Source: Squalus acanthias (Eukaryota). Taken from it: a DNA stretch of 64,000 nucleotides. Below, one piece after another: positions 15,001-30,000 of this stretch (position 1 is its first letter; each line of letters opens with the position of its first letter). The translations under genes and the position numbers were made by a program. The notes beneath the pieces are model-generated. The model made no database searches, was not told where the DNA came from, and was given only the letters and a program-made list of their open reading frames with translations. The stretch lies in assembly GCA_030390025.1 (NCBI GenBank), contig CM059438.1:67892001-67956000 (forward strand), in the 5' to 3' direction.

Positions 15001-18000
15001 CACAGGCAAGAGAGTGGAGAGAATCATTTCAAACAGTCACAGGACAGAGAGTGGAGAGAGTGTCAGCTTAAAATGTCACAGGACAGAGAGTGGAGAGAGT
15101 GTCAGTTCAAACAGTCACAGGACAGAGAGTGGAGAGAGTCAGTTCAAACTGTCACAGGACAGAGAGTGGAGAGAGTCAGTTCAAACTGTCACAGGACAGA
15201 GAGTGGAGAGAGAGTCAGCTTAAACTGTCACAGGACAGAGAGTGGAGATAGTGTCAGTTCAAACAGTCACAGGACAGAGAGTGGAGAGAGTGTCAGCTTA
15301 AAATGTCACAGGACAGAGAGTGGAGAGAGTGTCAGTTCAAACAGTCACAGGACAGAGAGTGGAGAGAGTCAGTTCAAACTGTCACAGGACAGAGAGTGGA
15401 GAGAGTCAGTTCAAACTGTCACAGGAAAGAGAGTGGAGAGTGTCAGCTTAAACTGTCACAGGACAGAGAGTGGAGAGTGTCAGTTCAAACAGTCACAGGA
15501 CAGAGAGGGGAGAGAGTGTCAGTTCAAACAGTCACAGGACAGAGAGTGGAGAGTGTCAGTTCAAACAGTCACAGGACAGAGAGTGGAGAGAGTGTCCGCT
15601 TAAACTGTCACAGGACAGAGAGTGAGAGAGAGTCAGTTCAAACTGTCACAGGACAGAGAGTGGAGAGAGTGTCAGTTCAAACAGTCACAGGACAGAGAGT
15701 GGAGAGTGTCAGTTCAAACAGTCACAGGACAGAGAGTGGAGAGTGTCCGTTCAAAGAGTCACAGGACAGAGAGTGGAGAGAGTGTCAGCTTGAACTGTCA
15801 CAAGCAAGAGAGCGGAGAGAATCATTTCAAACAGTCACAGGACAGAGAGTGGAGAGAGTGTCAGCTTAAACTGTCACAGGACAGAGAGTGAGAGAGAGTC
15901 AGTTCAAACTGTCACAGGACAGAGAGTGGAGAGAGTGTCAGTTCAAACAGTCACAGGACAGAGAGTGGAGAGTGTCAGTTCAAACAGTCACAGGACAGAG
16001 AGTGGAGAGAGTGTCCGCTTAAACTGTCACAGGACAGAGAGTGAGAGAGAGTCAGTTCAAACTGTCACAGGACAGAGAGTGGAGAGAGTGTCAGTTCAAA
16101 CAGTCACAGGACAGAGAGGGGAGAGAGTGTCAGTTCAAACAGTCACAGGACAGAGAGTGGAGAGAGTGTCAGCTTGAACTGTCACAGGCAAGAGAGTGGA
16201 GAGAATCATTTCAAACAGTCACAGGACAGAGAGTGGAGAGAGTGTCAGCTTAAAATGTCACAGGACAGAGAGTGGAGAGAGTGTCAGTTCAAACAGTCAC
16301 AGGACAGAGAGTGGAGAGAGTCAGTTCAAACTGTCACAGGACAGAGAGTGGAGAGAGTCAGTTCAAACTGTCACAGGACAGAGAGTGGAGAGAGAGTCAG
16401 CTTAAACTGTCACAGGACAGAGAGTGGAGATAGTGTCAGTTCAAACAGTCACAGGACAGAGAGTGGAGAGAGTGTCAGCTTAAAATGTCACAGGACAGAG
16501 AGTGGAGAGAGTGTCAGTTCAAACAGTCACAGGACAGAGAGTGGAGAGAGTCAGTTCAAACTGTCACAGGACAGAGAGTGGAGAGAGTCAGTTCAAACTG
16601 TCACAGGAAAGAGAGTGGAGAGTGTCAGTTCAAACAGTCACAGGACAGAGAGGGGAGAGAGTGTCAGTTCAAACAGTCACAGGACAGAGAGTGGAGAGTG
16701 TCAGTTCAAACAGTCACAGGACAGAGAGTGGAGAGAGTGTCCGCTTAAACTGTCACAGGACAGAGAGTGAGAGAGAGTCAGTTCAAACTGTCACAGGACA
16801 GAGAGTGGAGAGAGTGTCAGTTCAAACAGTCACAGGACAGAGAGTGGAGAGTGTCAGTTCAAACAGTCACAGGACAGAGAGTGGAGAGTGTCCGTTCAAA
16901 GAGTCACAGGACAGAGAGTGGAGAGAGTGTCAGCTTGAACTGTCACAAGCAAGAGAGCGGAGAGAATCATTTCAAACAGTCACAGGACAGAGAGTGGAGA
17001 GAGTGTCAGCTTAAACTGTCACAGGACAGAGAGTGGAGAGAGTGTCAGTTCAAACAGTCACAGGACAGAGAGTGGAGAGAGTCAGTTCAAACTGTCACAG
17101 GACAGAGAGTGGAGAGAGTCAGTTCAAACTGTCACAGGACAGAGAGTGGAGAGAGAGTCAGCTTAAACTGTCACAGGACAGAGAGTGGAGATAGTGTCAG
17201 TTCAAACAGTCACAGGACAGAGAGTGGAGAGAGTGTCAGCTTAAAATGTCACAGGACAGAGAGTGGAGAGAGTGTCAGTTCAAACAGTCACAGGACAGAG
17301 AGTGGAGAGAGTCAGTTCAAACTGTCACAGGACAGAGAGTGGAGAGAGTCAGTTCAAACTGTCACAGGAAAGAGAGTGGAGAGTGTCAGCTTAAACTGTC
17401 ACAGGACAGAGAGTGGAGAGTGTCAGTTCAAACAGTCACAGGACAGAGAGGGGAGAGAGTGTCAGTTCAAACAGTCACAGGACAGAGAGTGGAGAGTGTC
17501 AGTTCAAACAGTCACAGGACAGAGAGTGGAGAGAGTGTCCGCTTAAACTGTCACAGGACAGAGAGTGAGAGAGAGTCAGTTCAAACTGTCACAGGACAGA
17601 GAGTGGAGAGAGTGTCAGTTCAAACAGTCACAGGACAGAGAGTGGAGAGTGTCAGTTCAAACAGTCACAGGACAGAGAGTGGAGAGTGTCCGTTCAAAGA
17701 GTCACAGGACAGAGAGTGGAGAGAGTGTCAGCTTGAACTGTCACAAGCAAGAGAGCGGAGAGAATCATTTCAAACAGTCACAGGACAGAGAGTGGAGAGA
17801 GTGTCAGCTTAAACTGTCACAGGACAGAGAGTGAGAGAGAGTCAGTTCAAACTGTCACAGGACAGAGAGTGGAGAGAGTGTTAGTTCAAACAGTCACAGG
17901 ACAGAGAGTGGAGAGTGTCAGTTCAAACAGTCACAGGACAGAGAGTGGAGAGAGTGTCCGCTTAAACTGTCACAGGACAGAGAGTGAGAGAGAGTCAGTT

Positions 18001-21000
18001 CAAACTGTCACAGGACAGAGAGTGGAGAGAGTGTCAGTTCAAACAGTCACAGGACAGAGAGGGGAGAGAGTGTCAGTTCAAACAGTCACAGGACAGAGAG
18101 TGGAGAGTGTCAGTTCAAACAGTCACAGGACAGAGAGTGGAGAGAGTGTCCGCTTAAACTGTCACAGGACAGAGAGTGAGAGAGAGTCAGTTCAAACTGT
18201 CACAGGACAGAGAGTGGAGAGAGTGTCAGTTCAAACAGTCACAGGACAGAGAGTGGAGAGTGTCAGTTCAAACAGTCACAGGACAGAGAGTGGAGAGTGT
18301 CCGTTCAAAGAGTCACAGGACAGAGAGTGGAGAGAGTGTCAGCTTGAACTGTCACAGGCAAGAGAGCGGAGAGAATCATTTCAAACAGTCACAGGACAGA
18401 GAGTGGAGAGAGTGTCAGCTTAAACTGTCACAGGACAGAGAGTGGAGAGAGTCAGTTCAAAAAGTCACAGGACAGAGAGTGGAGAGTGTGTCAGCTTGAA
18501 CTGTCACAGGACAGAGAGTGGAGAGAGTCAGTTCAAACAGTCACAGGACAGAGAGTGGAGAGTGTCAGTTCAAACTGTCACAGGACAGAGAGTGGAGAGT
18601 GTCAGCTTAAACTGTCACAGGACAGAGAGTGGAGAGAGTCAGTTCAAACTGTCACAGGACAGAGAGTGGAGAGAGTGTCAGCTTGAACTGTCACAGGACA
18701 GAGAGTGGAGAGTGTCAGTTCAAACTGTCACAGGACAGAGAGTGGAGAGTGTCAGCTTAAACTGTCACAGGACAGAGAGTGGAGAGAGTCAGTTCAAACT
18801 GTCACAGGACAGAGAGTGGAGAGAGTGTCAGTTCAAACAGTCACAGGACAGAGAGTGGAGAGAGTGTCAGCTTAAAATGTCACAGGACAGAGAGTGGAGA
18901 GAGTCAGTTCAAACTGTCACAGGACAGAGAGTGGAGAGAGTGTCAGTTCAAACAGTCACAGGACAGAGAGTGGAGAGAGTGTCAGCTTAAAATGTCACAG
19001 GACAGAGAGTGGAGAGAGTGTCAGTTCAAACAGTCACAGGACAGAGAGTGGAGAGAGTCAGTTCAAACTGTCACAGGACAGAGAGTGGAGAGAGTCAGTT
19101 CAAACTGTCACAGGACAGAGAGTGGAGAGTGTCAGCTTAAACTGTCACAGGACAGAGAGTGGAGAGTGTCAGTTCAAACAGTCACAGGACAGAGAGTGGA
19201 GAGTGTCAGTTCAAAGAGTCACAGGACAGAGAGTGGAGAGAGTGTCAGTTCAAACTGTCACAGGACAGAGAGTGGAGAGTGTCAGTTCAAAGAGTCACAG
19301 GACAGAGAGTGGAGAGAGTGTCAGCTTGAACTGTCACATGACAGAGAGTGGAGAGTGTCAGTTCAAAGAGTCACAGGACAGAGAGTGGAGAGAGTGTCAG
19401 CTTGAACTGTCACAGGCAAGAGAGTGGAGAGAATCATTTCAAACAGTCACAGGACAGAGAGTGGAGAGAGTGTCAGCTTAAAATGTCACAGGACAGAGAG
19501 TGGAGAGAGTGTCAGTTCAAACAGTCACAGGACAGAGAGTGGAGAGAGTCAGTTCAAACTGTCACAGGATAGAGAGTGGAGAGAGTCAGTTCAAACTGTC
19601 ACAGGACAGAGAGTGGAGAGAGAGTCAGCTTAAACTGTCACAGGACAGAGAGTGGAGATAGTGTCAGTTCAAACAGTCACAGGACAGAGAGTGGAGAGAG
19701 TGTCAGCTTAAAATGTCACAGGACAGAGAGTGGAGAGAGTGTCAGTTCAAACAGTCACAGGACAGAGAGTGGAGAGAGTCAGTTCAAACTGTCACAGGAC
19801 AGAGAGTGGAGAGAGTCAGTTCAAACTGTCACAGGAAAGAGAGTGGAGAGTGTCAGCTTAAACTGTCACAGGACAGAGAGTGGAGAGTGTCAGTTCAAAC
19901 AGTCACAGGACAGAGAGGGGAGAGAGTGTCAGTTCAAACAGTCACAGGACAGAGAGTGGAGAGTGTCAGTTCAAACAGTCACAGGACAGAGAGTGGAGAG
20001 AGTGTCCGCTTAAACTGTCACAGGACAGAGAGTGAGAGAGAGTCAGTTCAAACTGTCACAGGACAGAGAGTGGAGAGAGTGTCAGTTCAAACAGTCACAG
20101 GACAGAGAGTGGAGAGTGTCAGTTCAAACAGTCACAGGACAGAGAGTGGAGAGTGTCCGTTCAAAGAGTCACAGGACAGAGAGTGGAGAGAGTGTCAGCT
20201 TGAACTGTCACAAGCAAGAGAGCGGAGAGAATCATTTCAAACAGTCACAGGACAGAGAGTGGAGAGAGTGTCAGCTTAAACTGTCACAGGACAGAGAGTG
20301 GAGAGAGTCAGTTCAAAAAGTCACAGGACAGAGAGTGGAGAGTGTGTCAGCTTGAACTGTCACAGGACAGAGAGTGGAGAGAGTCAGTTCAAACAGTCAC
20401 AGGACAGAGAGTGGAGAGTGTCAGTTCAAACTGTCACAGGACAGAGAGTGGAGAGTGTCAGCTTAAACTGTCACTGGACAGAGAGTGGAGAGAGTCAGTT
20501 CAAACTGTCACAGGACAGAGAGTGGAGAGAGTGTCAGTTAAAACAGTCACAGGACAGAGAGTGGAGAGAGTCAGTTCAAACTGTCACAGGACAGAGAGTG
20601 GAGAGAGTGTCAGTTCAAACTGTCACAGGACAGAGAGTGGAGAGTGTCAGCTTAAACTGTCACAGGACAGAGAGTGGACAGTGTCAGTTCAAACAGTCAC
20701 AGGACAGAGAGTGGAGAGTGTCAGTTCAAAGAGTCACAGGACAGAGAGTGGAGAGAGTGTCAACTTGAACTGTCACAGGACAGAGAGTGGAGAGAGTCAG
20801 TTCAAACTGTCACAGGACAGAGAGTGGAGAGTGTCAGCTTAAACTGTCACAGGACAGAGAGTGGAGAGAGTGTCAGCTTGAACTGTCACAGGCAAGAGAG
20901 TGGAGAGAGTCAGTTCAAACAGTCACAGGACAGAGAGTGGAGAGTGTCAGTTCAAAGAGTCACAGGACAGAGAGTGGAGAGAGTGTCAACTTGAACTGTC

Positions 21001-24000
21001 ACAGGACAGAGAGTGGAGAGAGTCAGTTCAAACAGTCACAGGACAGAGAGTGGAGAGTGTCAGTTCAAAGAGTCACAGGACAGAGAGTGGAGAGAGTGTC
21101 AGCTTGAACTGTCACAGGCAAGAGAGTGGAGAGAGTCAGTTCAAACAGTCACAGGACAGAGAGTGGAGAGAATCATTTCAAACAGTCACAGGACAGAGAG
21201 TGGAGAGAGTGTCAGCTTAAACTGTCACAGGACAGAGAGTGGAGAGAGTCAGTTCAAACAGTCACAGGACAGAGAGTGGAGAGTGTGTCAGCTTGAACTG
21301 TCACAGGACAGAGAGTGGAGAGAGTCAGTTCAAACAGTCACAGGACAGAGAGTGGAGAGTGTCAGTTCAAACAGTCACAGGACAGAGAGTGCAGAGTGTC
21401 AGTTCAAAATGTCACAGGACAGAGAGTGGAGAGAGTGTCAGTTCAAACAGTCACAGGACAGAGAGTGGAGAGAGTCAGTTCAAACTGTCACAGGACAGAG
21501 AGTGGAGAGAGTGTCAGTTCAAACAGTCACAGGACAGAGAGTGGAGAGAGTGTCAGTTCAAACTGTCACAGGACAGAGAGTGGAGAGAGTCAGTTCAAAC
21601 TGTCACAGGACAGAGAGTGGAGAGAGTGTCAGTTCAAACAGTCACAGGACAGAGAGTGGAGAGTGTCAGTTCAAACTGTCACAGGACAGAGAGTGGAGAG
21701 AGTGTCAATTCAAACAGTCACAGGACAGAGAGTGGAGAGTGGCAGTTCAAACAGTCACAGGACAGAGAGTGGAGAGTGTCAGTTCAAAGAGTCACAGGAC
21801 AGAGAGTGGAGAGAGTGTCAACTTGAACTGTCACAGGCAAGAGAGTGGAGAGTGTCAGTTCAAACTGTCACAGGACAGAGAGTGGAGAGTGTCAGTTCAA
21901 AATGTCACAGGACAGAGAGTGGAGAGAGTGTCAGTTCAAACAGTCACAGGACAGAGAGTGGAGAGAGTCAGTTCAAACTGTCACAGGACAGAGAGTGCAG
22001 AGTGTCAGTTCAAAATGTCACAGGACAGAGAGTGGAGAGAGTGTCAGTTCAAACAGTCACAGGACAGAGAGTGGAGAGAGTGTCAGCTTAAAATGTCACA
22101 GGACAGAGAGTGGAGAGAGTGTCAGTTCAAACAGTCACAGGACAGAGAGTGGAGAGAGTCAGTTCAAACTGTCACAGGACAGAGAGTGGAGAGAGTCAGT
22201 TCAAACTGTCACAGGAAAGAGAGTGGAGAGTGTCAGCTTAAACTGTCACAGGACAGAGAGTGGAGAGAGTCAGTTCAAACTGTCACAGGAAAGAGAGTGG
22301 AGAGTGTCAGCTTAAACTGTCACAGGACAGAGAGTGGAGAGAGTCAGTTCAAACTGTCACAGGACAGAGAGTGGAGAGAGTGTCAGTTCAAAGAGTCACA
22401 GGACAGAGAGTGGAGAGAGTGTCAGCTTAAAATGTCACAGGACAGAGAGTGGAGAGAGTGTCAGTTCAAACAGTCACAGGACAGAGAGTGGAGAGTGTGT
22501 CAGCTTGAACTGTCACAGGACAGAGAGTGGAGAGAGTCAGTTCAAACAGTCACAGGACAGATAGGGGAGAGAGTGTCAGTTCAAACAGTCACAGGACAGA
22601 GAGTGGAGAGAGTGTCAGCTTAAAATGTCACAGGACAGAGAGTGGAGAGAGTGTCAGTTCAAACAGTCACAGGACAGAGAGTGGAGAGACTGTCAGCTTA
22701 AAATGTCACAGGACAGAGAGTGGAGAGAGTGTCAGTTCAAACAGTCACAGGACAGAGAGTGGAGAGAGTCAGTTCAAACTGTCACAGGACAGAGAGTGGA
22801 GAGAGTCAGTTCAAACTGTCACAGGACAGAGAGTGGAGAGTGTGTCAGCTTGAACTGTCACAGGACAGAGAGTGGAGAGAGTCAGTTCAAACAGTCACAG
22901 GACAGAGAGTGGAGAGTGTCAGTTCAAACTGTCACAGGACAGAGAGTGCAGAGTGTCAGTTCAAAATGTCACAGGACAGAGAGTGGAGAGAGTGTCAGTT
23001 CAAACAGTCACAGGACAGAGAGTGGAGAGAGTCAGTTCAAACTGTCACAGGACAGAGAGTGGAGAGAGTGTCAGTTCAAACAGTCACAGGACAGAGAGTG
23101 GAGAGAGTGTCAGCTTAAAATGTCACAGGACAGAGAGTGGAGAGAGTGTCAGTTCAAACAGTCACAGGACAGAGAGTGGAGAGAGTCAGTTCAAACTGTC
23201 ACAGGACAGAGAGTGGAGAGAGTCAGTTCAAACTGTCACAGGACAGAGAGTGGAGAGTGTCAGCTTAAACTGTCACAGGACAGAGAGTGGAGAGTGTCAG
23301 TTCAAACAGTCACAGGACAGAGAGTGGAGAGTGTCAGTTCAAAGAGTCACAGGACAGAGAGTGGAGAGAGTGCCAACTTGAACTGTCACAGGACAGAGAG
23401 TGGAGAGTGTCAGCTTAAACTGTCACAGGACAGAGAGTGGAGAGTGTCAGTTCAAACAGTCACAGGACAGAGAGTGGAGAGTGTCAGTTCAAAGAGTCAC
23501 AGGACAGAGAGTGGAGAGAGTGTCAACTTGAACTGTCACAGGCAAGAGAGTGGAGAGTGTCAGTTCAAAATGTCACAGGACAGAGAGTGGAGAGAGTGTC
23601 AGTTCAAACAGTCACAGGACAGAGAGTGGAGAGAGTCAGTTCAAACTGTCACAGGACAGAGAGTGCAGAGTGTCAGTTCAAAATGTCACAGGACAGAGAG
23701 TGCAGAGTGTCAGTTCAAACAGTCACAGGACAGAGAGTGGAGAGAGTCAGTTCAAACTGTCACAGGACAGAGAGTGGAAAGAGTGTCAGTTCAAACAGTC
23801 ACAGGACAGAGAGTGGAGAGTGTCAGTTCAAACAGTCACATGACAGAGAGTGGAGAGAGTGTCAGCTTAAAATGTCACAGGACAGAGAGTGGAGAGAGTG
23901 TCAGTTCAAACAGTCACAGGACAGAGAGTGGAGAGAGTCAGTTCAAACTGTCACAGGACAGAGAGTGGAGAGTGTCAGTTCAAACTGTCACAGGACAGAG

Positions 24001-27000
24001 AGTGGAGAGTGTCAGTTTAAACTGTCACAGGACAGAGAGTGGAGAGTGTCAGTTCAAACAGTCACAGGACAGAGAGGGGAGAGAGTGTAAGTTCAAACAG
24101 TCACAGGACAGAGAGTGGAGAGTGTCAGTTCAAACAGTCACAGGACAGAGAGTGGAGAGAGTGTCAGCTTAAATTGTCACAGGACAGAGAGTGAGAGAGA
24201 GTCAGTTCAAACTGTCACAGGACAGAGAGTGGAGAGAGTGTCAGTTCAAAGAGTCACAGGACAGAGAGTGGAGAGAGTGTCAGCTTGAACTGTCACAGGC
24301 AAGAGAGTGGAGAGAATCAGTTCAAACAGTCACAGGACAGAGAGTGGAGAGAGTGTCAGCTTAAACTGTCACAGGACGGAGAGTGGAGAGTGTCAGTTCA
24401 AACAGTCACAGGACAGAGAGTGGAGAGAGTCAGTTCAAACTGTCACAGGACAGAGAGTGGAGAGAGTGTCAGTTCAAACAGTCACAGGACCGAGAGTGGA
24501 GAGAGTGTCAGCTTGAACTGTCACAGGCAAGAGAGTGGAGAGAATCAGTTCAAACAGTCACAGGACAGAGAGTGGAGAGAGTGTCAGCTTAAACTGTCAC
24601 AGGACGGAGAGTGGAGAGTGTCAGTTCAAACAGTCACAGGACAGAGAGTGGAGAGAGTCAGTTCAAACAGTCACAGGACAGAGAGTGGAGAGAGTGTCAG
24701 TTCAAACAGTCACAGGACAGAGAGTGGAGAGAGTGTCAGTTCAAACTGTCACAGGACAGAGAGTGGAGAGTGTCAGTTCAAACAGTCACAGGACAGAGAG
24801 TGGAGAGAGTGTCAGTTCAAACTGTCACAGGACAGAGAGTGGAGAGAGTCAGTTCAAACAGTCACAGGACAGAGAGTGGAGAGAGTGTCAGCTTAAACTG
24901 TCACAGGACAGAGAGTGGAGAGAGTCAGTTCAAACTGTCACAGGACAGAGAGTGGAGAGAGTGTCAGCTTAAACTGTCACAGGACAGAGAGTGGAGAGAG
25001 TCAGTTCAAACAGTCACAGGACAGAGAGTGGAGAGAGTCAGTTCAAACTGTCACAGGACAGAGTGGAGAGAGTGTCAGTTCAAATAGTCACAGGACAGAG
25101 AGTGTGGAGAGTGTCAGTTCAAACAGTCACAGGACAGAGAGTGGAGAGAGTGTCAGTTCAAACAGTCACAGGACAGAGAGTGGAGAGTGTCAGTTCAAAC
25201 AGCCACAGGACAGAGAGTGGAGAGAGTGTCAGTTCAAAGAGTCACAGGACAGAGAGTGGAGAGAGAGTCAGCTTAAACTGTCACAGGACAGAGAGTGGAG
25301 ATAGTGTCAGTTCAAAGAGTCACAGGACAGAGAGTGGAGAGAGAGTCAGCTTAAACTGTCACAGGACAGAGAGTGGAGATAGTGTCAGTTCAAAGAGTCA
25401 CAGGACAGAGAGTGGAGAGAGTGTCAGCTTAAACTGTCACAGGACAGAGAGTGGAGATAGTGTCAGTTCAAACAGTCACAGGACAGAGAGTGGAGAGAGT
25501 GTCAGCTTAAACTGTCACAGGACAGAGAGTGGAGAGAGTCAGTTCAAACAGTCACAGGACAGAGAGTGGAAAGAGTGTCAGCTTAAACTGTCACAGGACA
25601 GAGAGTGGAGAGAGTCAGTTCAAACAGTCACAGGACAGAGAGTGGAGAGTGTGTCAGCTTAAAATGTCACAGGACAGAGAGTGGAGAGTGTCAGCTTAAA
25701 CTGTCACAGGACAGAGAGTGGAGAGAGTCAGTTCAAAATGTCACAGGACAGAGAGTGCAGAGTGTCAGTTCAAACAGTCACAGGACAGAGAGTGGAGAGA
25801 GTCAGTTCAAACCGTCACAGGACAGAGTGTGGAGAGAGTGTCAGTTCAAACAGTCACATGACAGAGAGTGGAGAGAGTGTCAGCTTAAAATGTCACAGGA
25901 CAGAGAGTGGAGATAGTGTCAGTTCAAACAGTCACAGGACAGAGAGTGGAGAGAGTGTCAGCTTAAACTGTCACAGGACAGAGAGTGGAGAGAGTCAGTT
26001 CAAACAGTCACAGGACAGAGAGTGGAGAGAGTCAGTTCAAACTGTCACAGGACAGAGTGGAGAGAGTGTCAGTTCAAATAGTCACAGGACAGAGAGTGTG
26101 GAGAGTGTCAGTTCAAACAGTCACAGGACAGAGAGTGGAGAGAGTGTCAGTTCAAACAGTCACAGGACAGAGAGTGGAGAGTGTCAGTTCAAACAGCCAC
26201 AGGACAGAGAGTGGAGAGAGTGTCAGTTCAAAGAGTCACAGGACAGAGAGTGGAGAGAGAGTCAGCTTAAACTGTCACAGGACAGAGAGTGGAGATAGTG
26301 TCAGTTCAAAGAGTCACAGGACAGAGAGTGGAGAGAGAGTCAGCTTAAACTGTCACAGGACAGAGAGTGGAGATAGTGTCAGTTCAAAGAGTCACAGGAC
26401 AGAGAGTGGAGAAAGTGTCAGCTTAAACTGTCACAGGACAGAGAGTGGAGAGAGTGTCAGTTCAAAGAGTCACAGGACAGAGAGTGGAGAGAGAGTCAGC
26501 TTAAACTGTCACAGGACAGAAAGTGGAGATAGTGTCAGTTCAAACAGTCACAGGACAGAGAGTGGAGAGAGTGTCAGCTTAAACTGTCACAGGACAGAGA
26601 GTGGAGAGAGTCAGTTCAAACAGTCACAGGACAGAGAGTGGAAAGAGTGTCAGCTTAAACTGTCACAGGACAGAGAGTGGAGAGAGTCAGTTCAAACAGT
26701 CACAGGACAGAGAGTGGAGAGTGTGTCAGCTTAAAATGTCACAGGACAGAGAGTGGAGAGTGTCAGCTTAAACTGTCACAGGACAGAGAGTGGAGAGAGT
26801 CAGTTCAAAATGTCACAGGACAGAGAGTGCAGAGTGTCAGTTCAAACAGTCACAGGACAGAGAGTGGAGAGAGTCAGTTCAAACTGTCACAGGACAGAGT
26901 GTGGAGAGAGTGTCAGTTCAAACAGTCACATGACAGAGAGTGGAGAGAGTGTCAGCTTAAAATGTCACAGGACAGAGAGTGGAGAGAGTGTCAGTTCAAA

Positions 27001-30000
27001 CAGTCACAGGACAGAGAGTGGAGAGAGTCAGTTCAAACTGTCACAGGACAGAGAGTGGAGAGTGTCAGTTCAAACTGTCACAGGACAGAGAGTGGAGAGA
27101 GTGTCAGTTCAAACAGTCACAGGACAGAGAGGGGAGAGAGTGTAAGTTCAAACAGTCACAGGACAGAGAGTGGAGAGTGTCAGTTCAAACAGTCACAGGA
27201 CAGAGAGTGGAGAGAGTGTCAGCTTAAATTGTCACAGGACAGAGAGTGAGAGAGAGTCAGTTCAAACTGTCACAGGACGGAGAGTGGAGAGAGTGTCAGT
27301 TCAAAGAGTCACAGGACAGAGAGTGGAGAGAGTGTCAGCTTGAACTGTCACAGGCAAGAGAGTGGAGAGAGTGTCAGTTCAAACAGTCACAGGACAGAGA
27401 GTGGAGAGAGTCAGTTCAAACTGTCACAGGACAGAGAGTGGAGTGTGTCAGTTCAAACAGTCACAGGACAGAGAGTGGAGACAGTGTCAGTTCAAACAGT
27501 CACAGGACAGAGAGTGGAGAGAGTGTCAGTTCAAACTGTCACAGGACAGAGAGTGGAGAGTGTCAGTTCAAACAGTCACAGGACAGAGAGTGGAGAGAGT
27601 GTCAGTTCAAACTGTCACAGGACAGAGAGTGGAGAGAGTCAGTTCAAACAGTCACAGGACAGAGAGTGGAGAGAGTGTCAGCTTAAACTGTCACAGGACA
27701 GAGAGTGGAGAGAGTCAGTTCAAACTGTCACAGGACAGAGAGTGGAGAGAGTGTCAGCTTAAACTGTCACAGGACAGAGAGTGGAGAGAGTCAGTTCAAA
27801 CAGTCACAGGACAGAGAGTGGAGAGAGTCAGTTCAAACTGTCACAGGACAGAGTGGAGAGAGTGTCAGTTCAAATAGTCACAGGACAGAGAGTGTGGAGA
27901 GTGTCAGTTCAAACAGTCACAGGACAGAGAGTGGAGAGAGTGTCAGTTCAAACAGTCACAGGACAGAGAGTGGAGAGTGTCAGTTCAAACAGCCACAGGA
28001 CAGAGAGTGGAGAGAGTGTCAGTTCAAAGAGTCACAGGACAGAGAGTGGAGAGAGAGTCAGCTTAAACTGTCACAGGACAGAGAGTGGAGATAGTGTCAG
28101 TTCAAAGAGTCACAGGGCAGAGAGTGGAGAGAGAGTCAGCTTAAACTGTCACAGGACAGAGAGTGGAGATAGTGTCAGTTCAAAGAGTCACAGGACAGAG
28201 AGTGGAGAGAGTGTCAGCTTAAACTGTCACAGGACAGAGAGTGGAGAGAGTGTCAGTACAAAGAGTCACAGGACAGAGAGTGGAGAGAGAGTCAGCTTAA
28301 ACTGTCACAGGACAGAGAGTGGAGATAGTGTCAGTTCAAACAGTCACAGGACAGAGAGTGGAGAGAGTGTCAGCTTAAACTGTCACAGGACAGAGAGTGG
28401 AGAGAGTCAGTTCAAACAGTCACAGGACAGAGAGTGGAAAGAGTGTCAGCTTAAACTGTCACAGGACAGAGAGTGGAGAGAGTCAGTTCAAACAGTCACA
28501 GGACAGAGAGTGGAGAGTGTGTCAGCTTAAAATGTCACAGGACAGAGAGTGGAGAGTGTCAGCTTAAACTGTCACAGGACAGAGAGTGGAGAGAGTCAGT
28601 TCAAACAGTCACAGGACAGAGAGTGGAGAGTGTCAGTTCAAACAGTCACAGGACACAGAGTGGAGAGAGTGTCAGCTTAAACTGTCACAGGACAGAGAGT
28701 GGAGAGAGTCAGTTCAAACAGTCACAGGACAGAGAGTGGAGAGAGTGTCAGCTTAAACTGTCACAGGACAGAGAGTGGAGAGAGTCAGTTCAAACAGTCA
28801 CAGGACAGAGAGTGGAGAGTGTGTCAGCTTAAACTGTCACAGGACAGAGAGTGGAGAGAGTCAGTTCAAACTGTCACAGGACAGAGAGTGGAGAGTGTCA
28901 GTTGAAACTGTCACAGGACAGAGAGTGGAGAGAGTCAGTTCAAACTGTCACAGGACAGAGAGTGGAGAGAGTGTCAGCTTAAACTGTCACAGGACAGAGA
29001 GTGGAGCGAGTCAGTTCAAACTGTCACAGGACAGAGAGTGGAGAGTGTGTCAGCTTAAACTTTCACAGGACAGAGAGTGGAGAGTGTCAGTTCAAACAGT
29101 CACAGGACAGAGTGTGGAGAGAGTGTCAGTTCAAACAGTCACAGGACAGAGTGGAGAGAGTGTCAGCTTAAACTGTCACAGGACAGAGAGTGGAGCGAGT
29201 CAGTTCAAACTGTCACAGGACAGAGTGTGGAGAGAGTGTCAGCTTAAACTGTCACAGGACAGAGAGTGGAGCGTTTCAGTTCAAACTGTCACAGGACAGA
29301 GAGTGGAGAGAGTTAGTTCAAACTGTCACAGGACAGAGAGTGGTGAGTGTCAGTTCAAACTGTCACAGGACAGAGAAGGAGAGAGTGTCAGTTTAAACAG
29401 TCACAGGACAGAGAGTGGAGAGTGTCAGTTCAAACTGTCACAGGACAGAGAGTGGAGAGAGTTAGTTCAAACTGTCACAGGACAGAGAAGGAGAGAGTGT
29501 CAGTTTAAACTGTCACAGGACAGAGTGTGGAGAGAGTGTCAGCTTAAACTGTCACAGGACAGAGAGTGGAGCGTTTCAGTTCAAACTGTCACAGGACAGA
29601 GAGTGGAGAGAGTCAGTTCAAACTGTCACAGGACAGAGAGTGGAGAGAGTCAGTTCAAACTGTCACAGGACAGAGAAGGAGAGAGTGTCAGTTTAAACAG
29701 TCACAGGACAGAGAGTGGAGAGTGTCAGTTCAAACAGTCACAGGACAGAGAGTGGAGAGTGTCAGTTCAAACAGTCACAGGACAGAGAGTGGAGAGTGTC
29801 AGTTCAAACAGTCACAGGACAGAGAGTGGAGAGAGTGTCAGCTTAAACTGTCACAGGACAGAGAGTGAGAGAGAGTCAGTTCAAACTGTCACAGGCAAGA
29901 GAGTGGAGAGAATCAGTTCAAACAGTCACAGGACAGAGAGTGGAGAGAGTGTCAGCTTAAACAGTCACAGGACAGAGAGTGGAGAGAGTCAGTTCAAACT

